In this document: positions 18,083-28,135 of the stretch, piece after piece
Numbering within the stretch: the first letter of the stretch is position 1
Layout of the letters: the number at the start of each line of letters is the position of its first letter
Virus record (IMG/VR): IMGVR_UViG_3300036766_000359
Span: 128,973 to 192,972 of that record
DNA length: 64,000 nt
Source: a virus
Strand: one strand, 5' to 3'
The notes under the pieces: generated by a model
Databases searched by the model: none
What the model saw: the letters and a program-made list of their open reading frames with translations, nothing else
What the model was told of the DNA's origin: nothing
Made by a program: the position numbers and the translations under genes

Positions 18083-19549
18083 ATGGCAACAGCAGACCGA
18101 TCGATCGCAGCAACCATCACCCGTCTCAAGGATCCAGAGAACGTGGCGAGCAGCCCTCGCCAGTACATGGAACTTTGCGACAAAATCTCGTCCTGCATGA
18201 CGAGGCTTTTCCAGTTCCCCAAGAACGGGGGCAACCCGTTCTTGTTCGCCCTCACCGGCCCGAAGCCACACTTCCTCGTCAGGAAGCTTCACGGACAGGA
18301 TATCAAGACAGCGGCCACCGACGGAAAGAATTTCTACTGGAACCCTGAGTTTCTTGAGTCGATGAGCCCTCAAGAGATCCAGACGGTCATGTCCCATGAG
18401 AGCTACCACGTTCTCTTTTTCCACTGCTCGAAGGACCGGGCGGCTGGGAAGAAGCCGCATGAATGGAATATCGCCGTGGACTACATCGTCAACGGCGTCA
18501 TTGAGCATGACCACGAAAAGAGCGGACGATCGGCTTCTTTCAAGCTGTGGGGCGGCGCGATCGGATCGCCAATCTCGTTCGACGATTACATCGCCTGGAT
18601 TGCGGGCAAGATTGATGATCTGCCGCAACACGGTTGCTTCGCAGACCCGACCATGCACGGTCGGTCTCCGGAGTCCATCTACGGCGATATCATCCAGGCC
18701 CAACTCAGCAGCCCACGTCGTTGCAAAGAGAACGCGGGTGGCTGTGGAGCACTGTCCATCGACCCGAAGACCGGGGTCTCTGTAATCGATCAGCCCTGGG
18801 ACGCGGACGCCTGCCAGAAGTGCGGCGCAAAGCCCAACCAGGGAACCGGCCCTGGGTCTCTCGACTCACATGTTCCCACCGACCTGACAAAGGATGAGGT
18901 CATGGGGGAGATGATGAAGGCTGCAGAGCAAGCCGCAGCGACTGGTCGTGGAACGGCCCCTGCTGAAATAGAGGCAGCCCTGGCTGAACTCAAGGCTCCG
19001 CAGCTCCGCCCGAGCGATATCATCCGACAGGCATTCTTTCGCAAGGCAATCGACACCGGCAACAAGAACGACTGGAAGCGCCTTCGACGCCGCCAGCTCG
19101 CAATGACCCCTCGCCAGTTCCTCCCACGCAAGCACGAACATCTGCCCAAATGGGTGGTCTGCCTTGACACGTCTGGCTCAATGTCCGACAAGGACATTGC
19201 AAACGGCCTCAAGGAGATGCAGGCCGTCCCGCAGAATTCAGAGGGATGGGTGATCCCTTGCGATGCGGTCCCATACTGGGACCGGAAGACCCTCGTGCGG
19301 AACTCATCCGACCTCAAGCGGACCAAGGTCGTTGGACGTGGCGGCACGGTCTTCGACCAATTCTTCGCGGAGCTTCCAGAGAAGATTGGGAGGGACCTTG
19401 ACATTGTGGTCATCATCAGTGATGGTGATTGCGGGACTATTCCGATGAATCTCCACCCGCGTTGCGACGTGCTCTGGATTATCACGAACAAGCGTGACTT
19501 CAAGCCCACGTTCGGACGGGTCGTTCAACTCAGTCCGTCTCGCGCCTAA
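18083..19549 (+). CDS. DUF2201-type metallopeptidase-like + VWA domain protein
   Basis: HESYH (HExxH) then N.A.D; MIDAS VVCLDTSGSMS; GRGGT; promoter motif 18037-18061. Confidence 0.85.
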   Translation: MATADRSIAATITRLKDPENVASSPRQYMELCDKISSCMTRLFQFPKNGGNPFLFALTGPKPHFLVRKLHGQDIKTAATDGKNFYWNPEFLESMSPQEIQTVMSHESYHVLFFHCSKDRAAGKKPHEWNIAVDYIVNGVIEHDHEKSGRSASFKLWGGAIGSPISFDDYIAWIAGKIDDLPQHGCFADPTMHGRSPESIYGDIIQAQLSSPRRCKENAGGCGALSIDPKTGVSVIDQPWDADACQKCGAKPNQGTGPGSLDSHVPTDLTKDEVMGEMMKAAEQAAATGRGTAPAEIEAALAELKAPQLRPSDIIRQAFFRKAIDTGNKNDWKRLRRRQLAMTPRQFLPRKHEHLPKWVVCLDTSGSMSDKDIANGLKEMQAVPQNSEGWVIPCDAVPYWDRKTLVRNSSDLKRTKVVGRGGTVFDQFFAELPEKIGRDLDIVVIISDGDCGTIPMNLHPRCDVLWIITNKRDFKPTFGRVVQLSPSRA

Positions 19550-19558
19550 ACGACAAGT

Positions 19559-19595
19559 CCACGCGGCCCGCTCCTTGGAAGGGCGGGCCGCGTGG
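19559..19595 (+). terminator. GC-rich hairpin
   Basis: CCACGCGGCCCGCTC...GGGCGGGCCGCGTGG after VWA gene. Confidence 0.6.
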
Positions 19596-19699
19596 TACCC
19601 CATATACTAGCGAAAACCCTGGCATATACCATCAGATAACTTACGTCAGGCCGCCCAGGAAACTCGGCAGTTGTCGGCGTACGAACGGTGGAGGTCACC

Positions 19700-19975
19700 A
19701 TGTCGATAATCATCATGACGATGGCTGGAATTTTGGGCGGAGTGGTGCTGTACCCTTTGGCCGTGAGTCTATCAGTAAGCTTCGTCTGCGGCCCTTGTAG
19801 AGCAGCGGCAGCGTGGCTTAACGAACATGATGGGGAGCGCTCTGCGTGTTATGTGATGCTGTTCGGACTAAAGTTGATTGCTTTCGTGGAAGGCGGTCTG
19901 GACACCCCGGCTGTTCATCTTCAAGAACGCTTTAGAAAACGTATAGAGAACCTGGAAACACATGAAAAGTTTTGA
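19700..19975 (+). CDS. small membrane protein
   Basis: hydrophobic N-terminus; promoter motif 19658-19682. Confidence 0.55.
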   Translation: MSIIIMTMAGILGGVVLYPLAVSLSVSFVCGPCRAAAAWLNEHDGERSACYVMLFGLKLIAFVEGGLDTPAVHLQERFRKRIENLETHEKF

Positions 19976-20279
19976 GGATATCGATACCACAACTGGCACT
20001 TGGTCAGTCCCAGAAAAGAGAATGGAGAAGAATCGCCAAAACTTGCTTGGATTCTTTAGTGATATCGATAACTACGGTCGCGTTCGGAAAAGTGCCGTCG
20101 AGACATTTGAACCCGATGTATTCATCAAAATAATGAGACTTTTCCTTTATCACGAGAATGAGATGAGTCACATACAAGGTTTCGTAAATCGTTTCAGGAA
20201 ATCCGCAAACGAGATAACCGATGACAACATTCGTGAAGTTCTAAAACAACTGGCCGTAAATGATGTAATGGATTCTTAG
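19962..20279 (+). CDS. hypothetical protein with tag (VNDVMDS)
   Basis: overlapping co-oriented ORF. Confidence 0.6.
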   Translation: MKSFEDIDTTTGTWSVPEKRMEKNRQNLLGFFSDIDNYGRVRKSAVETFEPDVFIKIMRLFLYHENEMSHIQGFVNRFRKSANEITDDNIREVLKQLAVNDVMDS

Positions 20280-20337
20280 GATCCATGGCACATACTGTCG
20301 TCGTGGATCGAGAACCCGGTCGCGTACTGGTGAGAAC

Positions 20338-20742
20338 ATGGCGTTACTGATTCACGTCGGCATTTCAGAAATTGAGAGTCGCATCAATAAAATTATCGAA
20401 CCGAGACTGCGGCTTTTAACTGGCCCTAACGAACTGTTGGACATAACTGTCAAAGTGCGCACGAATTTTCGCAAAAGAATTCGTAGTGTTGCAGACACTA
20501 AGATTGAACTAAAAAGTTCGTCTAACGGAGAAGAAAGTTTCAATGCTTGGTTGGCCGGTTTCGAGTATGCCAGGAAAATTCCTGATGACGTGCACTACTT
20601 CGTATTCCCTAATTCTAACTCTTTCGCAGTTATCCATTCGACCGATTGTCTTAAAAAAGTTGATCATATCATTGCAGAGTTTTCACATAAGGTGGCCGAA
20701 CTGGAAAATATCTGCGCAGTTTCAGACGTGATGTTGTCGTAA
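20338..20742 (+). CDS. hypothetical protein with tag (VSDVMLS)
   Basis: ORF track. Confidence 0.6.
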   Translation: MALLIHVGISEIESRINKIIEPRLRLLTGPNELLDITVKVRTNFRKRIRSVADTKIELKSSSNGEESFNAWLAGFEYARKIPDDVHYFVFPNSNSFAVIHSTDCLKKVDHIIAEFSHKVAELENICAVSDVMLS

Positions 20743-20841
20743 CTTATACGGCGTAGATCCGCGCAGTCTCTCGGTACTAGCAGGGAAGGAGAAACACAGC
20801 ATGGCGAAGCAAAACGATTGTACGGCACTATGGAAGTAAAT

Positions 20842-21342
20842 TCATTCTATGTGTGGGCATTGACCATATGCTCCCTTCGCTAGGTTACAGTTATGGCACA
20901 ACACTTGGAAACCAGGCGGATATTTGTTCGCTCGAAGCCATGAATAGATACCGAGACCATTAGTTCCGATCTGTCTTCTATGCTCTCTACCGCCGCCTTC
21001 AATATGGTCAATTGCAAGAAATTTCGGCTCATTAGTAGAACACCCGCCAAGACACATGCAATGGATGTTTCCTCCGCAATATGCTCGAAAAGCAGCCATG
21101 CGCATACTTTGTCGATATTCCCTAGCTTTCATGTATCTGATCTCTTTTGTGCATTCTCTCCAGTTTTTTGCTTTTCGAGCATATTCAGCTGGGTTATCTC
21201 GACGTCGTTTCTGATGATATTCACGTTGACATAATTTACAGCGACTTTTATGACCATCTGAACACCTGGTATCCAAACCGAATTCATGAATGTCCTTCGG
21301 ACCACAGATAATACATTGTTTTTCCATCACCTCACCTCTCAT
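20842..21342 (-). CDS. HNH homing endonuclease
   Basis: CIIC/CKLC Zn knuckles; LAIDHIEGGG...LCHNCN; antisense to neighbours. Confidence 0.8.
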   Translation of the reverse strand: MRGEVMEKQCIICGPKDIHEFGLDTRCSDGHKSRCKLCQREYHQKRRRDNPAEYARKAKNWRECTKEIRYMKAREYRQSMRMAAFRAYCGGNIHCMCLGGCSTNEPKFLAIDHIEGGGREHRRQIGTNGLGIYSWLRANKYPPGFQVLCHNCNLAKGAYGQCPHIE

Positions 21343-21365
21343 TGAAAAGTAATGAAAGATTCATC

Positions 21366-21722
21366 ATGGCAAAGAAAAATGAATTGACTGATATGTGGGC
21401 TATTGTTCAGGTCATGGAGGTTTCCAACGCCCTGAAGGGCAAGGTTTTCAGCATCACCGGCCACCTCGGGCTGAAACGACCCGAGATCGTTCAAATCATC
21501 GAGACGGCTGGTGGTCGATTTGAGGAACGGCCTCGATGGGGAGTGAATTTTCTCATTACGAACTCGGACTGGAATAAGGGGTCGACCGTTGACCCCAAGA
21601 AGTCGTCGAAGTACATTGATGCAGAGCGCAATCGCATCAAGATCATCTCAGAGGACCAATTCTGTCAAATGGTCATCGATGGCGGAGAAACGATGGCTGA
21701 CAACATCTCATCTGGTCGATGA
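21366..21722 (+). CDS. stand-alone BRCT-domain protein (NAD-ligase C-terminal type)
   Basis: LKGKVFSITGHL..R.EI..IIE.AGG...V.FLI...K...A....IKIISE..F. Confidence 0.75.
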   Translation: MAKKNELTDMWAIVQVMEVSNALKGKVFSITGHLGLKRPEIVQIIETAGGRFEERPRWGVNFLITNSDWNKGSTVDPKKSSKYIDAERNRIKIISEDQFCQMVIDGGETMADNISSGR

Positions 21723-21736
21723 ATTGTTGAGGGCGA

Positions 21737-22216
21737 ATGATTATCCAAAGTATATGTAATCTCACTTACGCAGAAGCTCTGGCCGATAATCCGGCTGCTG
21801 TTGCTGTGGTTCTAAAGAAGATCCGTAAGGGTCGCAGCAAGAAGAAGAACGACGCGCCCGAGACTTTCGAGTGGTCGTATGGCCTGGCTCTATTAGTAAA
21901 CGGCTTGTCGCTGATGGACCGTCTTGCTGGCAAGAAGGAGTATGACGCGGACTTCACTGATGCACAGAAGGTGGCGGATTACGTTTCTCGCTGCACCACA
22001 TGGTTGCAGGCTAACGGACACTCATGCCCTATTTCTGTCCCGGACTTCGTGGGTGAGGAAAAAGCCAGGCAACTTATTCAAGAAGGTGATGAACGGCGGC
22101 GATTCGAAGCTTTGTCTGTCGAAGATCAACAAGCGGAGATCGCTAAACTCATGAGCGCCGCGATTGCAGGCGGAGCGAGAGTCGTTTTAGTACCAGAAAG
22201 ACCACATGGCGAATAA
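21737..22216 (+). CDS. hypothetical protein
   Basis: ORF track, GAGG RBS. Confidence 0.6.
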   Translation: MIIQSICNLTYAEALADNPAAVAVVLKKIRKGRSKKKNDAPETFEWSYGLALLVNGLSLMDRLAGKKEYDADFTDAQKVADYVSRCTTWLQANGHSCPISVPDFVGEEKARQLIQEGDERRRFEALSVEDQQAEIAKLMSAAIAGGARVVLVPERPHGE

Positions 22217-22350
22217 GAAACCCGTTGTCCAGCTATGCGAGTGGTTCTTTTTATGTAAGCGCCCCGCTACGACCATTGAGTCGCATCCGGTGTTAGGTAA
22301 AGTACCGATCTGTGCGCGTTGTGCCGCGTGGCTACGGAGCAACGAATAAG
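22207..22350 (+). CDS. 47-aa Zn-finger-like peptide
   Basis: hand translation MANKKPVVQLCEWFFLC...HPVLGKVPICARC. Confidence 0.55.
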
Positions 22351-22354
22351 GCGG

Positions 22355-22578
22355 TGATAGCCCGTCCTGCCATTCCCCGGCCCCGTCCTGCCTCCCGGCT
22401 GCACGGGGCCGATTCGTGCCGGGTCGACGACCGACTGACAACCGAGAACCGCCGAGGTTATTACTGGTCACAACTTCCAGGGTCAGAGCAATCATGGTTC
22501 ACCACTTTCGGCAGTCCCCGACCCATATGGGCTCATCTCTGGGCTAAACTTGCAGTTCGTGAAGTGATGGAGTCTTGA
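22355..22578 (+). CDS. hypothetical protein with tag (VREVMES)
   Basis: 3' end clear; start uncertain. Confidence 0.4.
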
Positions 22579-22706
22579 GCAAGGGTAATAACCCACCTTC
22601 CAGGCTCCTCCGACGCGCAAATTGTCACACAATAACTGTTTTCCGAGCTCTCCCCGAGCTGTAAGTTCGGATCGAAGCCGCGTATACGGGACGGAGGATC
22701 AGATCA

Positions 22707-23477
22707 ATGATCAAGACACCGACATTTGTCGTTAACGACAACCAAGATCCCAAGAAGTCAAGGAAAGCCATACAAAACCTGAAGAGGATGATCAAGTATG
22801 GGAAAATCGCAGAAGCTGCTTTGAAAAATATTAACACTCAGGGATATCACTCAGGCAGGAGCCCCATCATCAACGAAGTCTATGGTTTGAGCATTTCGGG
22901 CTTTTCAAATGAAAGAAACAGGCCCATGTCGAAATCAGCTACTTGCGAATATGTTCGATTCCATAAACGAGTCGAGGTTTCGCGAAGTGACGTCGGTGAT
23001 CTGTCGAAACTTCGGGCTGAAGTTGACCATACGGGTGGAGGAAAACCGGTCCTATACCTGGCGGGGCCTCTGTTTTTCCAGTTATTCCCCAACAAAGATA
23101 TATTCGAGATCAAAGAAGGTCGGCGTCAGCTAGGGTTCATTAACATCAATAAAGGGTATATCTCTTTAACCCCGCACACGGATGTTGAACCACCGAATGG
23201 TTTCGATGATAAAGTAATCCGCATCTACCAAGCGATGGCATTCGCCAAGGAGTCTCTACAATCTTTTTCTGCGTACGCAGGAACCGCGTTAGCTGACGTG
23301 GAGTTAGTGAAATACGCCACCCCCTATCCAAATAAGAAAACTCGGCCGGGGATGATGTCAAAAACCATCGAGATACAGAATAAATCTGGTGAGTGGATTT
23401 ATGAGGAAGGTCACGCCGAGAGACTGTTTCTTGAAATCAACAAACTGGTGAAAATTCACCAGGTCATGACTTCATGA
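22707..23477 (+). CDS. hypothetical protein with tag (IHQVMTS)
   Basis: promoter motif 22661-22685, GGAGG RBS. Confidence 0.7.
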   Translation: MIKTPTFVVNDNQDPKKSRKAIQNLKRMIKYGKIAEAALKNINTQGYHSGRSPIINEVYGLSISGFSNERNRPMSKSATCEYVRFHKRVEVSRSDVGDLSKLRAEVDHTGGGKPVLYLAGPLFFQLFPNKDIFEIKEGRRQLGFININKGYISLTPHTDVEPPNGFDDKVIRIYQAMAFAKESLQSFSAYAGTALADVELVKYATPYPNKKTRPGMMSKTIEIQNKSGEWIYEEGHAERLFLEINKLVKIHQVMTS

Positions 23478-23623
23478 AGAAAATGATTCGGTCGAAGCGT
23501 AAAGATAAAGCAAAAGAACTGCTGGTTTCCGCCCTGATCGAAGCGCTGTCCTCTGGTGTTCCACCAGACGAAGTCCTTTCAATAGTAAAAGAGTCACTGG
23601 TTTCACAAACTATGGAGTCGTAG
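23474..23623 (+). CDS. 49-aa protein with tag (VSQTMES)
   Basis: hand translation; ATGA coupling. Confidence 0.6.
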   Translation: MKKMIRSKRKDKAKELLVSALIEALSSGVPPDEVLSIVKESLVSQTMES

Positions 23624-23658
23624 ACCCGAACGTCGTGTGCGTACTCGTGGGCGGAGGC

Positions 23659-24282
23659 ATGATGGACTGCATAATTACCATCAAAGGTTCTGGAAGAGGC
23701 ACAAGTAGAGGACATGGAGTTCCAGTCCATGATAGGACTGAACCTGTCCGAAACTTTCTAGTTGATAACACTTATTTCTATATTGCAATCACCGAACATC
23801 TAACCACATGCAAAGTTTGTTCAATTGACCAGATTTTGAAAGAGTATCTTCGAAGACGAATCGAAATTCCGAAGTTCCACGGTGCAACCGGGTCGTCCCT
23901 TATCAAAAGATCAATAACCCTTGAGAGACTTGCCATGAAAAAAGGCGAGATCCTAACACCAGGGTTGGTGAACCAGTTTGTCATTCGTGGGTGCGCTGAA
24001 GATTTCGCACGTCACAGTGAACGTCTTGACATTTGTGAGCAATATTTTGCAATTAAACTCATGTCACGACGGACCCACCAGTGGAGGGAGCAACTTGAAA
24101 GTTCCATGAAGTCCCAAAGAACCAAGATCAAGGCAGGCGAGGGAATTGCATTCATGAAAATGGAAAGTCATATGCGTTGCATTAAAGAAATCGCAGACCT
24201 CGTTTCGCAGGGTGTAAATGCAGAACTTTCTCAAGAAGAATTGGAAAAACTTTTGAGAGTGTCTAGTGTGATGAATTCATAG
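23659..24282 (+). CDS. hypothetical protein with tag (VSSVMNS)
   Basis: GGAGG RBS; H..TCKVC. Confidence 0.65.
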   Translation: MMDCIITIKGSGRGTSRGHGVPVHDRTEPVRNFLVDNTYFYIAITEHLTTCKVCSIDQILKEYLRRRIEIPKFHGATGSSLIKRSITLERLAMKKGEILTPGLVNQFVIRGCAEDFARHSERLDICEQYFAIKLMSRRTHQWREQLESSMKSQRTKIKAGEGIAFMKMESHMRCIKEIADLVSQGVNAELSQEELEKLLRVSSVMNS

Positions 24283-24332
24283 GCAGACGGAGATCGGGGC
24301 ACCGGACGCGTACAGATGGTGGAGGTTACGAT

Positions 24333-25118
24333 ATGAGCAATATGAAGAATCTTTTCAATCTGTTCGACCAGGAACCAAGTTTGGTAGAAATCACCGAGGC
24401 ACAGAACGCTGTGCTGGAGAAGGATTTCGAGCGACAGGAGCAACTGCCGCTGGTTGTTGAAGCAGCCCCCGCTGCCATCTTTGCGATGCCCCCGGTCGCC
24501 TACATCAAGGCAGGTCGCCGCCACAAGTTGGTATTCGAGGGAGTTTGCACCAATTGTGCTCACTGCTCACAACCCCTCTCGGACGCCGTGTCGATCGAAC
24601 GCGGGATCGGACCGGTTTGCTCGAAAAAGGGATACCTGGAAGATCCCAAGGTGTCGGACGAAATCCAGGCGATGATCGACTTGGCCGAGTTTCCTTCCTT
24701 GGTGACTTTCCTCGTCGAGCGGTATAAGCCGCAGGGCGTCCGTTCGATGATGAATGCCCTGGTGAAGATCTGTTCTCTCAACCGTCGTTCGCCAGTACAT
24801 CCGGCATGCTGCGATGCCATCGAGTCGCTCGGATACACCCGACTTGCAAGCACTCTTCGTGAGAGCATCGCGGTCGTGGAAATTTCCGTGCTTTCAGCTT
24901 CTGACGACCGACTGAAAGTATGGGTCAAGAAGAGCGAGTGGAATTGGCGTTGGACGACCGAAATTCGACAGATCCTTGGGGCGGGGTACTCAACGCAACA
25001 CAAGGGAACCTTAGTTCCAGCTGCCCGGAAACGGGAGTTGTGGAACCTGATCAAGAAGCATTATGCAGGCCTCTGTTGCAAGACTCCAACCGGAACTGTG
25101 AAGATTCCAGCGGTTTAA
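24333..25118 (+). CDS. DUF6011-like Zn-finger protein
   Basis: CAHCSQPLSDAVSIERGIGPVC; promoter motif 24289-24313. Confidence 0.65.
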   Translation: MSNMKNLFNLFDQEPSLVEITEAQNAVLEKDFERQEQLPLVVEAAPAAIFAMPPVAYIKAGRRHKLVFEGVCTNCAHCSQPLSDAVSIERGIGPVCSKKGYLEDPKVSDEIQAMIDLAEFPSLVTFLVERYKPQGVRSMMNALVKICSLNRRSPVHPACCDAIESLGYTRLASTLRESIAVVEISVLSASDDRLKVWVKKSEWNWRWTTEIRQILGAGYSTQHKGTLVPAARKRELWNLIKKHYAGLCCKTPTGTVKIPAV

Positions 25119-25372
25119 AACGGTGTCGGAAGTGTGGTGAATTTCGAAAAGGGTCTAAGACTCCTGAACACTGGTTTCGAATAATGAAATCTTTCCCTTC
25201 GCAGGCAGTCACCTCCAACTAACCAACGAAGGGTGTCACCAACGCCTGGGCCTCGAAAGGGGCCCAGGCGTATATTTGTGTTATATAGGTGAAAGGTCTC
25301 AGTCAAAGATAACTTACACACGTCCGCCCGGAAATTCGGCAGTTGTCGGTGTACGTGTGGTGGAGGTGACAC

Positions 25373-25681
25373 ATGACGGCACAGGAAATGGTTGCGAAGC
25401 TTTCTGGCGTGGAGAAGGGACAGCGGGTTTTCGTGAGCTACATTGCTGGGAGGAGGCCCACAGCCCGCGCTGAACGAGAGGCCGCAAAGGCCGACGACGA
25501 GGGTTATTGCAAGCGATGGTTCGAGGGGTCCTTCGAGTCCGTGTGGATCACGAAGAAGGGCCATCCGGTGATGACAGTCTTGAGCACGACCCGCTACAAC
25601 GACGAGGACCCCACGGCTGAAGCCCACTACAGGACTTTTAATCCGGCACTGGGGTCTATGCTAATTTTAGAGATTTTGTGA
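25373..25681 (+). CDS. hypothetical protein
   Basis: promoter motif 25330-25354, GGAGG RBS. Confidence 0.7.
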   Translation: MTAQEMVAKLSGVEKGQRVFVSYIAGRRPTARAEREAAKADDEGYCKRWFEGSFESVWITKKGHPVMTVLSTTRYNDEDPTAEAHYRTFNPALGSMLILEIL

Positions 25682-25693
25682 ACTTTCAACTGC

Positions 25694-26152
25694 ATGAAAA
25701 AATTGAAGGTCTGTAGAAAATGTCTACAAGAAAAATATCTAACTGAGTTCACCTTCAAAAGAAGGAAAAATGGCACCAAGACACCTAGATCTTGGTGCCG
25801 CCTATGTAGCTATGAGTATAGGAGATGCTACTATTCTAATAGTCCACTACAACAAGAGAAGCTAAAAGCTTCCAACAAACACCATAAAACTGTTCTCTCT
25901 GCATACATGGAACAAATAAAGAGTGTTCCATGTATGGACTGTAAACAGAGTTTCCCTTATTACGTAATGGATTTTGATCATAGAGATCCGTCCAAGAAAG
26001 AAGCAAACGTCGGTAGTCTTAGGAGGGATGGGGCTAGTTTAGAAGCTTTAAAAACTGAAATCGCAAAGTGTGATATCGTTTGCGCAAATTGTCATAGAGT
26101 TAGAACCCATAAAAAGAAAGATGGGCCTGATGTTTATTATGCGCTCACATAA
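25694..26152 (+). CDS. HNH homing endonuclease
   Basis: CRKC, CRLC, CMDC...DFDHRDP...CDIVCANCHRVRT. Confidence 0.8.
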   Translation: MKKLKVCRKCLQEKYLTEFTFKRRKNGTKTPRSWCRLCSYEYRRCYYSNSPLQQEKLKASNKHHKTVLSAYMEQIKSVPCMDCKQSFPYYVMDFDHRDPSKKEANVGSLRRDGASLEALKTEIAKCDIVCANCHRVRTHKKKDGPDVYYALT

Positions 26153-26262
26153 CTCAAAAGGAAGTGCCGAGCCCGTGTAAGTTCTTGTATCGCGCGTGTA
26201 TGCGGTGGAGGCGGCAAACATCGTGATGGGCTTCTCTCCCTGGAAATCTTGTAAGGAGCCAA

Positions 26263-26865
26263 ATGACATTAGTTAAAGGTCGTGCATTGGAAGAACTCTT
26301 CGCTTTGGCATATGCCAATGCCCCAAAGAAATCAGCGCTCATCGCAAACGTTGGGAGTTTACCAGGAGTCCTGTGTTCTCACGGGTCTAATGCCTTTGTT
26401 GCGGGATTTGCAAAGTGTTACCAGATGACCTCTGATGAGCAACTACATATGGTTGAGTTCATATCAGTTGCTACCGAACATTCTTTTCTTCTTCAAGACA
26501 TTCAACCTTTCCAAAGTGCTCTTGAGGACGTAAAGAACAGAACCTACGCACAGGTCCCGACGCCGAGGAAAGTGATGGTCAAAATGGTTCACCAAAGGAT
26601 GATGAGTTTGCTTAAGGCAGTTCATGGTCGTAACGAACTATGTGCGCAGTACCCGAATAGTTACAAGAATACCTCTGCAGTTCCAACGCTCTGTTCTAAA
26701 CAGAGTTTCGTTGACTGGGTGGAACACAACAGAAAACAAAACTACAACGATAAAATAGTCATCAACGCTGACATCATCAGCATCCTTACGCGTGATGATA
26801 TTCTTGACGATGTTTACCTAGAAGCATGGGATCTCGTTCAGGTTCGAGAAATAATGGAATCGTAA
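26263..26865 (+). CDS. hypothetical protein with tag (VREIMES), paralog of 34582-35238
   Basis: shared LPGV.C.H, VPTPR.V.VKMV, RDDI.DDVY.EAWDL. Confidence 0.7.
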   Translation: MTLVKGRALEELFALAYANAPKKSALIANVGSLPGVLCSHGSNAFVAGFAKCYQMTSDEQLHMVEFISVATEHSFLLQDIQPFQSALEDVKNRTYAQVPTPRKVMVKMVHQRMMSLLKAVHGRNELCAQYPNSYKNTSAVPTLCSKQSFVDWVEHNRKQNYNDKIVINADIISILTRDDILDDVYLEAWDLVQVREIMES

Positions 26866-26953
26866 ATCTCGCTCTTGGTGATAACTCCCTGGACAGCAGC
26901 TCGAACTGCGTAAATTCGCGTGTCGCGTGCGTACACGTGATGGAGGTGACGAC

Positions 26954-28135
26954 ATGCCACAATTGATCGAAGGAAGTCCAGTTTTCATTCAGGGCTCTGG
27001 TGCTAAGCCATATGAACTCAAGAACACTGGCGGGATACATAGCTGTAGCTGCCCCGCTTGGAGAAACCAGAGTGTTCACATCGACCGCCGCACATGCAAG
27101 CATCTGAAAAAGCATTGTGGGGATGCGGCTGAAATGGCGCGTGTTGGTACAAGTCCGCTGAACGCGGCGGTCCTGGGGCCTGCTCTGGTTCAAGGACCGA
27201 AGCCCGTTCCCGCCGTCACACACACGCGCATGCAAGCACATGAGGTTGGAATCGATGGTCGCGAGTTCACCGCTGACGCTGAGTACGCTGATACGGTAGT
27301 GCAGCGTGCCCTAGCTGACGGACGCAAACTCCGTCAAGACGAAAAGGCCAAGCTTTTTGGACCGCCAGTCCTCCTCGCGCACAAGTTCGAGGACTTCGAG
27401 GACCTGGACCCGACGGGGTGGTGGTGTTCCGAGAAGCTCGATGGCGTTCGGGCCTACTGGAACGGCAAAGACTTCATTTCACGCCAGGGTAACATTTTCC
27501 ACGCCCCGGAATGGTTCAAGGCCGCACTGCCGAAGGATGAAGTCCTGGACGGCGAACTCTGGATTGGACGCCAGATGTTCCAGAAGACCATCTCGGTCGT
27601 CAAGCGTCTTGATTGGGGCGACGGCGCAAAGCTCGTCAAGTATATTATTTTCGACGTGCCATCTCGCAAAGATGAAGCGTTCGAGTCTCGCCTGAATGCG
27701 GCATGCAATCACGCAGTTGCAGCCAACGTGCCGCACGTTCAGGCACACCCGCACTATTTGGTTCAGTCACGCACGAGCCTGCTCTCGGACCTCAAGAAGA
27801 TTGAGGCGGCAGGCGGCGAAGGCCTGATGATCCGCAAGCCCATGTCTCTGTACGAGATCGGGCGGTCATCGACGTTGCTGAAGGTCAAGCCGTTCAAGGA
27901 CGATGAAGGTGTCGTCGTTGCACACAAGCCTGGTAAGGGCAGACACAAAGGCGTACTCGGTGGCGTCACGATTCGGTGGAACTCAGTTGAGTTCGACCTC
28001 GGGACCGGGTTCACAGACGAGGACCGTCGAAATCCTCCTCCCATCGGAGCCACAGTCACCTTCAGGTACACCGAGCTGACTGAAGACGGGAAGCCAAAAT
28101 GCACCGCGTTTATCGCAGTCAGGGAGGGTTACTAA
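26954..28135 (+). CDS. lig: ATP-dependent DNA ligase with N-terminal SWIM Zn finger
   Basis: SEKLDGVR, LDGEL, YIIFD, EGLMIR, LLKVK motifs, OB fold; N-terminal CSCPAW...CKH; promoter motif 26910-26934. Confidence 0.9.
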   Translation: MPQLIEGSPVFIQGSGAKPYELKNTGGIHSCSCPAWRNQSVHIDRRTCKHLKKHCGDAAEMARVGTSPLNAAVLGPALVQGPKPVPAVTHTRMQAHEVGIDGREFTADAEYADTVVQRALADGRKLRQDEKAKLFGPPVLLAHKFEDFEDLDPTGWWCSEKLDGVRAYWNGKDFISRQGNIFHAPEWFKAALPKDEVLDGELWIGRQMFQKTISVVKRLDWGDGAKLVKYIIFDVPSRKDEAFESRLNAACNHAVAANVPHVQAHPHYLVQSRTSLLSDLKKIEAAGGEGLMIRKPMSLYEIGRSSTLLKVKPFKDDEGVVVAHKPGKGRHKGVLGGVTIRWNSVEFDLGTGFTDEDRRNPPPIGATVTFRYTELTEDGKPKCTAFIAVREGY

